From Ilumatobacteraceae bacterium (GTDB taxonomy: Bacteria > Actinomycetota > Acidimicrobiia > Acidimicrobiales > Ilumatobacteraceae): a stretch of DNA of 64,000 bases. Shown here piece after piece: positions 54,217-63,774 of the stretch. The translations under genes and the position numbers were made by a program. Within the stretch, counting starts at the first letter, position 1. Each line of letters starts with the position of its first letter. The stretch spans positions 1,510 through 65,509 of the forward strand of contig JBDTYA010000060.1 in the NCBI GenBank assembly GCA_040005915.1. Direction: 5' to 3'. Under the pieces are notes generated by a model, which had not been told where the DNA came from, did no database searches, and saw only the letters and a program-made list of their open reading frames with translations.

Positions 54217-54635
54217 ACGATCAGCACCGGTCGGTGCGATTGATGAGCGAGGCGGCTGGGCACCGAGCCGGTGAACTTGCGCACCCGTCCGGTCATGCTC
54301 TTGTTGCCGACCACGATCAGGTCGGCGTCGATCGCATCGGCCACGGCCATCAGCACCGAGGCGGGGTCGCCGACCCTCGGATGCTCGACGACCCGGACGC
54401 CATGCCGTTTCCCGGCGTCGTGGCCGATCTTCGCCGCGGTCTTTGCCGAAGCATCCGACAGCGTCGCCACGGTCGCCGCCATCGTCGACGGCTCGCAGGC
54501 AACCGCTGCCGTCGGCGAGGCCGCCGCCACGACGTGCAGCTCGGCAGCGAACACTGCGGCCAGGCGCGCCGCATGGTCGACGGCGATCAGCGAACGGTCG
54601 GTGCCGTCGGTCCCCACCACGATCCTCGAGTACAT
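54204..54635 (-). CDS. universal stress protein (UspA family)
   Basis: C-terminal 143 codons of track ORF 54204..56126, starting at MYSRIVVGTDGTDRS (54635) with GAAGGA upstream. A GNKSMTGRVRKFTGSV ATP-binding block is present. Confidence 0.8.
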   Translation of the reverse strand: MYSRIVVGTDGTDRSLIAVDHAARLAAVFAAELHVVAAASPTAAVACEPSTMAATVATLSDASAKTAAKIGHDAGKRHGVRVVEHPRVGDPASVLMAVADAIDADLIVVGNKSMTGRVRKFTGSVPSRLAHQSHRPVLIVHTG

Positions 54636-54740
54636 CGAAGGTTCCTTCTTGTCAGTGTCGTTCAGTGTCGTCATGGGAGTCGCCCGCGGATCCGGGTGAT
54701 ACATCCACCGCGCCGACATCGATCGGATACGGTCGCCGCG

Positions 54741-55775
54741 ATGGGCCAACAGCTGCGCGTCGGATTCCTCGGGGCCGGTCTCATCGCCACGTACCACTCG
54801 AAGAGCCTCCGTCACAGCGGCGCGCCTGTGGAGCGTGCTGGCGTCTACGACCCTGACCCCGACCGTGCCGCCGGCTTCGCGGCAGCATCGGGTCACACCG
54901 CTATGGCCGGCGAGGACGAGGTGCTCGACAGCTGCGATGCCGTCTATGTGTGCACGTGGACCAGCGAACACCTGCGCCAGGTCGAGAAGGCGGCCGCGCG
55001 GCACCTGGCGATCTTCTGTGAGAAGCCGCTGGCCTTCGACCTCGCGCTTGCCGAACGGATGACGGCCGTGGTCGAGTCGGCGGGCGTGGTCAACCAGGTC
55101 GGCCTCGTTCTGCGCCGTTCGCCCGCGTACCTGTGGGCCAAGCACCTGATCGACGAACCGTCGGCCGGGACGGTGATGGCCGTCGTCTTCCGCGACGACC
55201 AGTTCATCCCGGTGCAGGGACATTACGGTTCGACGTGGCGCGGCGACCGCGACCTGGCCGGGTCGGGCACGCTCCTCGAGCACAGCATCCACGATGTCGA
55301 CATGCTGCGTTTCCTGGTCGGAGACGTCGACCGTGTCAGTGCGCACACGACCAACTTCCACGGTCACGACGGGATCGAGGATGTCGCCACAGCGACCTTC
55401 CGCTTCACCGATGGCGCTCTCGGGACGTTGGCCAGCGTGTGGCACGACAACCTCGCCCGGCCCAGTCTTCGCAGGGTCGAGATCTTCTGCAGCAACCGTC
55501 ACATCGTGATCGAAGGTGACGACTGGTACGGCCCGGTCGGTTGGACCGACACGGGCGGTGATTCGCACACGCTGGCGGACGACGATCTGTCGAGGGCGGT
55601 CGCTGCTATCCGCGAAGGAGCGGAGAACCCCGACGGCGAGTTCGTCGCTGCCGTGCTCGCCGGTACGCCTGCGATGCCGAGCTTCGCCGAGGCGGTCCGG
55701 GCCCACCGGATCGTCGAGGCGATGTACGCGTCGGCAGCGCTCGACGGTGCGTCGATGGAGATCTCTCGTGACTGA
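54741..55775 (+). CDS. Gfo/Idh/MocA-family oxidoreductase
   Basis: Inner part of track ORF 54192..55775, starting at MGQQLRVGFLGAGLIATYH (54741). An EKPLA motif is present. Confidence 0.75.
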   Translation: MGQQLRVGFLGAGLIATYHSKSLRHSGAPVERAGVYDPDPDRAAGFAAASGHTAMAGEDEVLDSCDAVYVCTWTSEHLRQVEKAAARHLAIFCEKPLAFDLALAERMTAVVESAGVVNQVGLVLRRSPAYLWAKHLIDEPSAGTVMAVVFRDDQFIPVQGHYGSTWRGDRDLAGSGTLLEHSIHDVDMLRFLVGDVDRVSAHTTNFHGHDGIEDVATATFRFTDGALGTLASVWHDNLARPSLRRVEIFCSNRHIVIEGDDWYGPVGWTDTGGDSHTLADDDLSRAVAAIREGAENPDGEFVAAVLAGTPAMPSFAEAVRAHRIVEAMYASAALDGASMEISRD

Positions 55776-56232
55776 TCCCGCGAGGCACGGATACATCGTC
55801 GTCGAGCTTGCCGCCGAACAGACCCACGCCCTGCGGCTGGCTGTGCTGCGCAACGACACACCCACTACGTCCGTGGTGTTCGATGGCGACGATCTCACCG
55901 GCACCGTGCACCTCGGTGTCACCGCGAGCGACGTCGGCGGTGACGGCATCGTCGCCATCTCGACATGGGTACCCAAGTCGATCGGCGGCGAGCCGGCGGT
56001 GCAGCTGCGCGGCATGGCCACCGCGCAGTCGGTCCGAGGGACGGGTGTCGGGGTGATGTTGCTGGCAGAGGGCTGCCGGCGGGCGTCGGCGGTCGCTCCG
56101 CTCGTTTGGGCTCGCGCCCGCGACACGGCGCTCGGCTTCTACACACGCAACGGGTTCGATGTCGTGGGTGAGGGTTTCGTCGACCCGAGCACCGGCAAAC
56201 CGCACCATGTGATCGTCCGCCGGTCGACCTGA
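55768..56232 (+). CDS. GNAT-family N-acetyltransferase
   Basis: Last 154 codons of track ORF 55516..56232, with a GTG start that overlaps the upstream gene by 8 nt. The acetyl-CoA-binding block is QLRGMATAQSVRGTGVG, followed by FYTRNGF. Confidence 0.6.
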   Translation: MTDPARHGYIVVELAAEQTHALRLAVLRNDTPTTSVVFDGDDLTGTVHLGVTASDVGGDGIVAISTWVPKSIGGEPAVQLRGMATAQSVRGTGVGVMLLAEGCRRASAVAPLVWARARDTALGFYTRNGFDVVGEGFVDPSTGKPHHVIVRRST

Positions 56233-56278
56233 CGACAGGCTTCCGCTCCACGCCGGCGGATGGCCATCTGTGCCGCGG

Positions 56279-56560
56279 ATGAGCACCATCGCACAGGTCA
56301 ACCAACTTCGAGCCACCGCAAACCACCTGCGATCGCTGGCGGGCAGGATCGGCGAGAGCCGGGCTTTGACCGCCTATGGGCTCGCCGACACCGACACGTG
56401 GGTCGGAACAACCCAGCAGGTGTCGTACAGCGAGCTGGTAGCCGTGCGACGGTCGCTGCAAGCGAATCAGCAGGAGCTCACCGACACTGCCAAACACCTC
56501 GAGCGACAGGCCGAAGTCCTCGAGCAGCAGGCGCCGATCCTGAAGGCGGTTCCCTCGTGA
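56279..56560 (+). CDS. small helical protein with a central W-x-G, candidate WXG100-like
   Basis: Track ORF 56270..56560 (GTG at 56270 or ATG at 56279). About 93 aa. Two heptad-like helical stretches flank DTWVGTT near the midpoint. The stop overlaps the GTG start of the next gene (GTGA, 56557-56560). Confidence 0.45.
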   Translation: MSTIAQVNQLRATANHLRSLAGRIGESRALTAYGLADTDTWVGTTQQVSYSELVAVRRSLQANQQELTDTAKHLERQAEVLEQQAPILKAVPS

Positions 56561-57486
56561 CATTCCTGGCATTCGAGCGTACGCGCCTCGGTGTGTTGCG
56601 CACATGCCTCGAGGCCGCCATCGAGGACCTGCACAGCATGCGCTGCGACGACATGGCCGCCGCCGAGGCGATGCGGGGCATCCGCAGTGCGGCGCGCACC
56701 CTTGCCGAGGTGTGCCTGCCGCGGGTGCGGGCCGTGCTCGCCTTCACGGCGATGGACCTGTGCGTGCGCGCGACGAGCCCCAACGGCGGCGACGTTGCCG
56801 AGGCACCCGGCTACAAGGTGATGGTCCGGAGCGGCTCGTGGGAGAGCATGACCGATCCCGAGCCGACCGTGGGCGCGTCGTCGCATCGTCGTCTCACGTT
56901 CGCCGAGGTCCTGACGGCCATCGCCGGCCACGCCTTGGTACCGATGGAGGCACCGCTCGACGCGCATGGCCACGCCGGCGAGCACTACACGTCGATCTCG
57001 TTCACCGCTCCGAATTCGGCGTTGATCGGGGAAGGGAACGTGACATCGAACGTGAAGAGGTTCTTCGACTTCATCGCCGACGGGTTCCCTCTCGGACTGC
57101 GCCAACACGACACGATCAGCATCTACCGGGTGACGGATGCCCGAGCCACGACGGTGCTACATGTGTTGACCGCGTACGACCGTGACGAGGGGCCGGAGAT
57201 CGTGCCGGGTCGCACAGCGGCGGCAACGGTCTCGGGATACATGGTCATCTCGAGCAACCAGACGTCCATCGAAGTGAGCCATGGCATGGAGCAGGAGGGT
57301 GGGGACCCGACGGTCGGTGCGGTTCTCGCGACCGAGACCTCGTTGTACAGCGGCACGTTCTATCCGGACGAGGAACCGGAGTTCGAACCGGTGCCCGACG
57401 GGCAGGTCGGTGAAGGCGACGACCAGTGGACGTTCACGACGTCGGCGGCGCCGATGGCCGACGGGTGGGGTACGTGGGACGTGTGA
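56557..57486 (+). CDS. hypothetical protein, no recognisable family
   Basis: Last 309 codons of track ORF 56260..57486. It has a helical N-terminus and an acidic C-terminus ending DGWGTWDV. It is translationally coupled to the small upstream ORF. Confidence 0.55.
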   Translation: MTFLAFERTRLGVLRTCLEAAIEDLHSMRCDDMAAAEAMRGIRSAARTLAEVCLPRVRAVLAFTAMDLCVRATSPNGGDVAEAPGYKVMVRSGSWESMTDPEPTVGASSHRRLTFAEVLTAIAGHALVPMEAPLDAHGHAGEHYTSISFTAPNSALIGEGNVTSNVKRFFDFIADGFPLGLRQHDTISIYRVTDARATTVLHVLTAYDRDEGPEIVPGRTAAATVSGYMVISSNQTSIEVSHGMEQEGGDPTVGAVLATETSLYSGTFYPDEEPEFEPVPDGQVGEGDDQWTFTTSAAPMADGWGTWDV

Positions 57487-57545
57487 CACCCGATTGACAC
57501 ATGATCGGAGGGCGCTCCGTCCGCGCTGATCAGGCACAATGCAGC

Positions 57546-58373
57546 ATGCAGATCGACACCCTTCGATCGCTGCCCCGCCCGTTGGCTTTCGTGCTTCCCG
57601 GGGGCGGCGCGCTCGCCGCGTATCAAGTCGGTGTGCTCGATGCGTTGACCGCTGCCGGGTTGCGACCCGACCGATTGATCGGGGTCTCCGCCGGAGCGAT
57701 GAACGCCGCGCTGTTCGCCTGGGCCAGCGACACCGACGGCGTCCGGCGGATCGAACAGATCTGGGCCGACATGCGACGTCGCGACCTGCTGCGACTGCAT
57801 CCCGGCCGCATGGCATTGGCGCTCGCCGGAAGGCGGGCCTCGTTCCTCGACAACCGTCATGGCATCGCCTTCCTTCGCAAGCACCTCGGCACCCGCCTCA
57901 TCGAACACGCGCCGATCCCCTTGACGATCATCACCACCGACCTGGCCACCGGCCGGCCGTTCATCCTCGAGTCGGGCGACGTGGTGTCCGCCGTCGTCGC
58001 CAGCACGGCATTCCCCGGCGTGTTCCCCCCGGTGGAGCTCGCAGGGCACACGCTGATCGACGGCGGTGTCGTCGCCGACGTGCCGTTCGACGTCGCCGCC
58101 GACCTGGGCATGGCCAGCGTCATCCTCATCGCCGTACCACCGCTGGCGGCGGGACCAGCTCCACGCCACCCGGTTGCGGTCGTGCTGCGATCGTCGACGT
58201 GGGGCGTCGAGGCACACGGCCGGACCATCGTCGCCCGCCCTCCCAACGGACTGGTCGTCACCGAGATCCCGACCCAGGCGTCGACGATCACGACCTTCGC
58301 CGTCGGCTCGGCCGCATCGACCATCGACGATGCCCGAACCTTCACCCAGGCCTGGCTACGCGACGAAAGATGA
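57546..58373 (+). CDS. patatin-like phospholipase
   Basis: Inner part of track ORF 57501..58373, starting at MQIDTLRS (57546). The oxyanion hole is LPGGGALAAYQVG, the nucleophile is GVSAGA (GxSxG) and the catalytic Asp is in IDGGV. Confidence 0.8.
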   Translation: MQIDTLRSLPRPLAFVLPGGGALAAYQVGVLDALTAAGLRPDRLIGVSAGAMNAALFAWASDTDGVRRIEQIWADMRRRDLLRLHPGRMALALAGRRASFLDNRHGIAFLRKHLGTRLIEHAPIPLTIITTDLATGRPFILESGDVVSAVVASTAFPGVFPPVELAGHTLIDGGVVADVPFDVAADLGMASVILIAVPPLAAGPAPRHPVAVVLRSSTWGVEAHGRTIVARPPNGLVVTEIPTQASTITTFAVGSAASTIDDARTFTQAWLRDER

Positions 58374-58422
58374 GCTGACCGGCTCATCTCTCATCGCACC
58401 GGGGTGGCTGTACTGTGGGGTG

Positions 58423-59046
58423 ATGGGCGCAGCGGAGGGCGAGAAGCCTGTTCATCGGGTGGTCCGGGCAGTGACGACCACGAAGTGGGGCGCAAGGGCC
58501 CGGGAGGTCGCTGCCTCGTTGAAGGCTCAGCACGACGCCGGCCGCGACGGGGACGACTCGCCGGCCGAGCCGATCTGGCCAACACCCAGAGAGCAGCTCG
58601 ACGCGTTCAAGAGCCTGTTCCGTCCGTCGGTAGGTCAGGCCATGGCCGATGGAACGACGGCACCGCCGACCGCCGGCGGAGTTCTCGACGCGGCGCTGGA
58701 TACCGACGCCGAACAGGTTGCCGAGGCGCTGCGCGGTGTCGATTGGACGCAGGTCCGCGCGGCGACCGCCGAGCGCACGAACGACGTCGCCCGCACGATG
58801 CGATCGATGGCCGAGCACGTCGACTGGGCCAAGGTGCAACCCGTCGCCGCGCAGGTCTCGAGCGCGCTCATCGCAGCAGTTGCCGCCGGCCGCATTCCGG
58901 TTGTCGGTCCGCTGGGCTCCGTCGTGGCGCGGGCCATCACGGATCAGAACAACCTCGGCAAGCGGGTGGCCGCGAATCTGCAGCACACGCCGGCCGCGGC
59001 GCCGCCCGACTTCCGCGGGGTCATCGAGGCGACGGCGACCGAGTGA
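58423..59046 (+). CDS. hypothetical protein
   Basis: Last 207 codons of track ORF 58066..59046, starting at MGAAEGEKP (58423). An internal duplicated VDW(T/A)(Q/K)V motif is present. No family recognised. Confidence 0.45.
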   Translation: MGAAEGEKPVHRVVRAVTTTKWGARAREVAASLKAQHDAGRDGDDSPAEPIWPTPREQLDAFKSLFRPSVGQAMADGTTAPPTAGGVLDAALDTDAEQVAEALRGVDWTQVRAATAERTNDVARTMRSMAEHVDWAKVQPVAAQVSSALIAAVAAGRIPVVGPLGSVVARAITDQNNLGKRVAANLQHTPAAAPPDFRGVIEATATE

Positions 59047-59065
59047 CGACCATCACGTCGTCCGG

Positions 59066-60664
59066 CTAACCGGGGATCGGAATCGACGAGGTCAACACGA
59101 CCGATCGACCCTGGGTCGGTTCGACGGTGATCTGCAGGCTCCAGTCGCCGGCTGCGGTCAACGTGATCGTGCCGGTGTAGTGGTTCGGGGCGATTGTCTC
59201 GAGGGTCGCCGGTACTTCGAAACCCGATCCCAACGCAGCCTTCACGGTCGTGGAAAGGACCGGGTCGATGCTGCCGCCAGGTGGGGTGATGATGAGATGG
59301 ACCTCGTTCTGACCCACACGCCCGGGGGTCACAGTGACATCCGCGATCACGCCTGAGTTGGTCAACGTGTTGGTGAACACCTTCGATGCGGCGACGCTCT
59401 GCGGGGGCAGCGCGACGAGCGCTGCGGCCAACCCGATGACTGCGATCCCGATCAGGGCTTCGACCAACACGTTGCGCTTCAACGCCGACGGGCCGTCGTT
59501 GCGCAGCAGCCATTGCGAGACGCCGCCGACGGCGACCAGCACGGTGACCACCGCGACCTTCACCAGCAGCGTGCGGCCCCACGATGTGCTGGTGACGTCG
59601 TCGAGGGTGCCGGCGAGCTTCACGGTCTGGGCGATGCCGGTGGCGACGATCACCGGCACGGCGACCATCGCCGTGACGCTGAACCTGCGGACGATGCGTT
59701 CGCTGCCGGCATCGGTCAGCCAGACCGTGCTGCCGAACGCGAACATCAGCAGACCGCCGATCCACAGCGAGATCGCTGTCAGGTGGACAGCATCGACCGC
59801 GACCCACAACGGTGCGGGATCCTGCGCGTACGCATGACCGACGCTGGAGTAGGTGAACACCAAAGCGACTCCCAGCGCCAGTGCTGCGCCGCGCCAGACG
59901 TCGCTGGCGCGACGGGCGAACGTCGACAACAGCACGCCGAGCGCGAGCACCAAGATCGCCCGCACCAGCAGGACCGAGGCGGTGTGCGAGCCGACGACCT
60001 TGCTCCACACGGAGGGGTCGATGGCCGCGGACGGGGCGCCGGCAACCACCTTGGCGCCGTACAGACCGAAGGACCCGAGGGAACCGACCAACAGGAACAC
60101 CCACGCCAGCCACAACAGCATGCGGTTCGAGGCAGAGTCAGCTGATTGCATGGCCAGCAGGCCGCCGCCGATCATCACGACCAAGCCGATCAGCGCCAAC
60201 AACCGTGCTCCGGTGTCGAGCCGCCCGACGGTCGAGTTGGCCGCAGCATTTCCGCTGACCTTGTCGATCAACGCGCCGACATCGATTCCATCGGACTGTG
60301 CGCCGACTTGAAAGCTGAAGACGCCGTCGACGACGTGCCCGTCGGCAGAGGGGACGCGCCACACGACCACGTACACGCCGTTGCCGATCGCCGGAACGGA
60401 TACCTGGACGACGGTGTCGTCCGTGATGCTCTGCGGTGCACCCGTCGCGATCAACTTCGCGCCTTGGTCATAGAGCTCGACATCGGCGAGCTCGAAGTCG
60501 ATGGACTCGTTGAAGTCGAGCTCGATGTCGGGAGGCCCGGACTCCAGCACGGCGTTCGCCGCGGGCACGCTTGCGACGAGCCCGGCATGAGCGGATGCCT
60601 GCTGGGCCGGAGCAAGCACACCGAGTGCCAACAGGGCGCCGACCACGCCCCGCCTCAACAGCAT
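59066..60664 (-). CDS. CopC-CopD fusion copper resistance/transport protein (YcnJ-like)
   Basis: Inner part of track ORF 59066..60904, starting at MLLRRGVVGALLALGVLAP (60664). After the signal peptide comes the CopC-type N-terminus HAGLVASVPAANAVLE, then about 8 TM segments (CopD) and a C-terminal extracytoplasmic domain. Confidence 0.7.
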   Translation of the reverse strand: MLLRRGVVGALLALGVLAPAQQASAHAGLVASVPAANAVLESGPPDIELDFNESIDFELADVELYDQGAKLIATGAPQSITDDTVVQVSVPAIGNGVYVVVWRVPSADGHVVDGVFSFQVGAQSDGIDVGALIDKVSGNAAANSTVGRLDTGARLLALIGLVVMIGGGLLAMQSADSASNRMLLWLAWVFLLVGSLGSFGLYGAKVVAGAPSAAIDPSVWSKVVGSHTASVLLVRAILVLALGVLLSTFARRASDVWRGAALALGVALVFTYSSVGHAYAQDPAPLWVAVDAVHLTAISLWIGGLLMFAFGSTVWLTDAGSERIVRRFSVTAMVAVPVIVATGIAQTVKLAGTLDDVTSTSWGRTLLVKVAVVTVLVAVGGVSQWLLRNDGPSALKRNVLVEALIGIAVIGLAAALVALPPQSVAASKVFTNTLTNSGVIADVTVTPGRVGQNEVHLIITPPGGSIDPVLSTTVKAALGSGFEVPATLETIAPNHYTGTITLTAAGDWSLQITVEPTQGRSVVLTSSIPIPG

Positions 60665-61311
60665 CAGCCGAAGATCTCCGCCGCGGCCAGACCCTCGATG
60701 TCGGCGCGGCCGAGCAGCCAGGCGAGACGCTGGTGGTCGCTGACAGCCATCGCCTCGCGTGGTAGCTCGGTGAGGCCCATCGGCTTGCGGCTGGCCCACA
60801 CCATCGTGAGCCGTTGCAGGTCGACACGCACGTACTCGGCGTCCCAATCCGCCCACGAGGAACCATGCCCGAGATCCGCACGATGCACAGCGGCCTCGCG
60901 CCACCTGACGAACAGCAGCTCGGTCATCGGGACCTCACCGCCGATCGTCATGCCTCGGCCCGACCACGCGCCGGCCGGCATCGCTGCCCACTGTGCTTCG
61001 AGCTGCGCCGCGGTGCGCTCGACATCGACGAGCAGCTCCGCCGCGGTACGAGTGGCACCTGCCTCGATGTCGGCAGTGCGTCGCTCTCGGCCACCGGGAT
61101 ACATCTCGGCGACCTCACCGCGGGCCGCGGCCTCGAACATCCGCAGATGACCATCGGCGTTGCGGGCGATGTGCGTCGCGACGTGGCCGATGGTCCACTC
61201 GGGAAGAAGCGAGGGCCGGCCCACTTGCGCGTCGGTCAACTCGCGCAACGTGGCGACCACTGCCTGGTGCGCCCTCGCTGCCCCGGAGAGATCGCGGTCG
61301 AGATCGTTCAT
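60664..61311 (-). CDS. maleylpyruvate-isomerase-family mycothiol-dependent enzyme (DinB/MDMPI_N fold)
   Basis: Inner part of track ORF 60664..61407, starting at MNDLDRDL (61311). WTIGHVATHIARNADG is the typical MDMPI N-terminal His motif. Confidence 0.6.
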   Translation of the reverse strand: MNDLDRDLSGAARAHQAVVATLRELTDAQVGRPSLLPEWTIGHVATHIARNADGHLRMFEAAARGEVAEMYPGGRERRTADIEAGATRTAAELLVDVERTAAQLEAQWAAMPAGAWSGRGMTIGGEVPMTELLFVRWREAAVHRADLGHGSSWADWDAEYVRVDLQRLTMVWASRKPMGLTELPREAMAVSDHQRLAWLLGRADIEGLAAAEIFG

Positions 61312-61357
61312 CGGTTTCTCACCGTATCCGGCGCGCGAACGTGGCAACCTTGCGAAC

Positions 61358-62380
61358 ATGCAAATTGCAATGGTCGGTCTCGGGCGCATGGGCGCCAACA
61401 TGGTCAAGCGGCTCGAACGGGCCGGTCACGATTGCGTTGCCTACGACCTCGACCCTGCCGCAGTCCAGGCCAGTGAGGCCGACGGCGCACGCGGCGCATC
61501 CACGCCGCAGGATGTCGTCGACGCCCTCACGCCGCCCCGGCACATCTGGCTGATGGTCCCGGCGGCCTACGTCGGCAGCACGATCGACACGTTCGCGCCA
61601 CTGCTGTCACCCGGCGACACGCTGATCGACGGCGGCAACTCGTGGTACCGCGACGATCTCGATCGGGCCGCGCCGCTGCAGGCCAAGGGCATCAACTACA
61701 TCGATGTCGGCACCAGCGGCGGGGTCTTCGGGCTCGATCGCGGCTACTCGCTGATGGTCGGCGGGCCGAAGGAAGCGGTCGCCGAGATGGCGCCTGTCTT
61801 CACCGACCTGGCGCCGGGGCCCGGCGAGATCGTGCGCACGCCGGTCTACAAGGGCGATCCCGCGCCGGCCGAGCTGGGCTGGCTGCACTGCGGGCCCAAC
61901 GGTGCCGGCCACTTCGTCAAGATGGTTCACAACGGCATCGAGTACGGCATGATGGCCGCCCTCGCCGAGGGCCTCAACATCCTCAGCGAGGCCAACGTCG
62001 GCGCTGCCGACCGACCGAAGGATGCCGAGACCGCACCGCTGACGCACCCTCAGTACTACCAGTACGACTTCGATCTGGCGGCGATCGCCGAGCTGTGGCG
62101 ACGTGGCAGCGTGATCTCCAGCTGGCTCGTCGACCTGGCGGCCACGGCGCTCGGCGAGGATCCGGAGTTGAAGGGGTTCGAGGGCTACGTCAGCGACAGC
62201 GGCGAGGGACGCTGGACCGTGCACGCGGCGATCGACGAAGGAGTGCCCGCGCCGGTGCTCAGCGCCGCGCTCTACGACCGCTTCAGCTCGCGCGGCAGGG
62301 CGACGACGGCCAACAAGATCCTGTCCGCACTGCGCGCCCAGTTCGGTGGGCACGTGGAAGGAACGGGGCACTCGGAATGA
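61358..62380 (+). CDS. gnd: 6-phosphogluconate dehydrogenase (decarboxylating), short Gnd/YqeC type
   Basis: Inner part of track ORF 61160..62380, starting at MQIAMVGLGRMGANM (61358). The blocks GAGHFVKMVHNGIEYG and DSGEGRWT are present. Confidence 0.85.
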   Translation: MQIAMVGLGRMGANMVKRLERAGHDCVAYDLDPAAVQASEADGARGASTPQDVVDALTPPRHIWLMVPAAYVGSTIDTFAPLLSPGDTLIDGGNSWYRDDLDRAAPLQAKGINYIDVGTSGGVFGLDRGYSLMVGGPKEAVAEMAPVFTDLAPGPGEIVRTPVYKGDPAPAELGWLHCGPNGAGHFVKMVHNGIEYGMMAALAEGLNILSEANVGAADRPKDAETAPLTHPQYYQYDFDLAAIAELWRRGSVISSWLVDLAATALGEDPELKGFEGYVSDSGEGRWTVHAAIDEGVPAPVLSAALYDRFSSRGRATTANKILSALRAQFGGHVEGTGHSE

Positions 62381-63774
62381 TCGTCGGCACACAGCCACCC
62401 GCCGACGCGCTGGTGCTGTTCGGAGCAACGGGCGACCTTGCCAAGCGCAAGCTGTTCCCGGCGCTGTACTTCATGGAACGCCACGGCAGCCTGAAGGTGC
62501 CGGTCATCGGCGTGGCCCGCAGCGACTGGACCGATGCCGCCTTCTGTCAGAACGCACACGATGCGATCATCGCCGCAGTGCCCGACGCCGAGGCGGCCGT
62601 CATCGATTCACTGATGAAGCGGCTCGATCTCATCCAGGGCGACTACTCGGATCCGAAGACATGGGCTTCGCTGCATCGCACGCTCGACAAGCACAAGAGC
62701 AAGACAGCCGTGTTCTACATGGCCATCCCACCGAGCATGTTCCCCACCGTCGCCCAGTCGTTGGCTTCGGTCGGTCTCAACGAGCGCGGTCGCATCGTCG
62801 TCGAGAAGCCCTTCGGTCGCGACCTCGCCAGCGCGATCGAGTTGAACACGACGCTGCACTCGGTGTTCCCCGAGGAACGCATCTTCCGCATCGACCACTA
62901 CCTCGGCAAGGAGAGCGTCGAAGACCTGTTGGTGTTCAGGTTCTCCAACACGCTGCTCGAGCCGGTGTGGAATCGCAACTACGTACGCAGCGTGCAGATC
63001 ACGATGAGCGAAACCATCGGCGTCGAGGGTCGCGGCAGCTTCTACGACAGCGTCGGCGCGATCCGCGATGTCATGCAGAATCACCTGCTGCAGGTCACCG
63101 CCCTGGCCGCGATGGAACCGCCGGTCGGGCCCGAGGCCAGCTACCTGCAGGACGAGAAGGCCAAGGTCTTCGCGGCCTTGCGGCCCATCGATCCGCTCCA
63201 TCTCGTTCGTGGCCAGTACGTCGGCTACCGCGACGAGCCCGGCGTCGCTGCCGACTCGACGACCGAGACGTTCGCCGCGGCGCGGCTGGAGATCGATTCG
63301 TGGCGCTGGGCCGGCGTGCCCTGGTACGTGCGTTGCGGCAAGGCGTTGAAGGCGTCTGCGACCGAGGTGATCGTCGAGTTCCGCGAACCGCCGAGCCTGT
63401 TGTTCGACGAAGCGGGTGGGCCCACGCCGGAGCGCAACCTGGTGCGCTTCCGCCTCGGCTCGCACGACGGCGTCACGTTCACGCTGCAGGCCAAGACGCC
63501 AGGGCCAAACCTCGACAGCCAGAACGTCGATGTGGCCGTTGATTTCGCCGCAGCGTTGGGCGAGCGACGAGAGGCCTACGAGCGATTGCTCGGCGACGCG
63601 CTGGCGGGCCTGCCGCGCCGCTTCGCCCGCGAAGACATCGTCGAACTGACCTGGCGGGTCATTCAACCGGTGCTCGACACCCCAGGTGCCGTGCACCCGT
63701 ACTTCCGCGGCGAGTGGGGTCCGGCCGAGGCCGATCGAGTCCTCGACGGCGACAGTTGGTTCACCCCGTCATGA
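62377..63774 (+). CDS. zwf: glucose-6-phosphate dehydrogenase
   Basis: Last 465 codons of track ORF 61642..63774 (ATGA overlap with gnd). The blocks GATGDLAKRKLFPAL and RIDHYLGKE are present. Confidence 0.9.
   Translation: MIVGTQPPADALVLFGATGDLAKRKLFPALYFMERHGSLKVPVIGVARSDWTDAAFCQNAHDAIIAAVPDAEAAVIDSLMKRLDLIQGDYSDPKTWASLHRTLDKHKSKTAVFYMAIPPSMFPTVAQSLASVGLNERGRIVVEKPFGRDLASAIELNTTLHSVFPEERIFRIDHYLGKESVEDLLVFRFSNTLLEPVWNRNYVRSVQITMSETIGVEGRGSFYDSVGAIRDVMQNHLLQVTALAAMEPPVGPEASYLQDEKAKVFAALRPIDPLHLVRGQYVGYRDEPGVAADSTTETFAAARLEIDSWRWAGVPWYVRCGKALKASATEVIVEFREPPSLLFDEAGGPTPERNLVRFRLGSHDGVTFTLQAKTPGPNLDSQNVDVAVDFAAALGERREAYERLLGDALAGLPRRFAREDIVELTWRVIQPVLDTPGAVHPYFRGEWGPAEADRVLDGDSWFTPS

Noticed and set aside
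54636-56126. Upstream ~497 codons of the 640-aa minus ORF 54204..56126
   Set aside because: This stretch is antisense to the Gfo/Idh/MocA and GNAT genes. Only the final 143 codons (MYSRIVVGTDG...) form a USP domain, with their own ribosome-binding site.
56557-58373. CBASS-like reading of the 309-aa protein plus patatin lipase, as a CD-NTase and a CapV-like effector
   Set aside because: The 309-aa protein shows no pol-beta nucleotidyltransferase signature (G-S ... D-x-D) on inspection. This idea is kept only as something a structure search could revisit.
62608-63696. 362-aa minus ORF opposite zwf
   Set aside because: It is an antisense shadow of zwf, which carries RIDHYLGKE in the plus frame.
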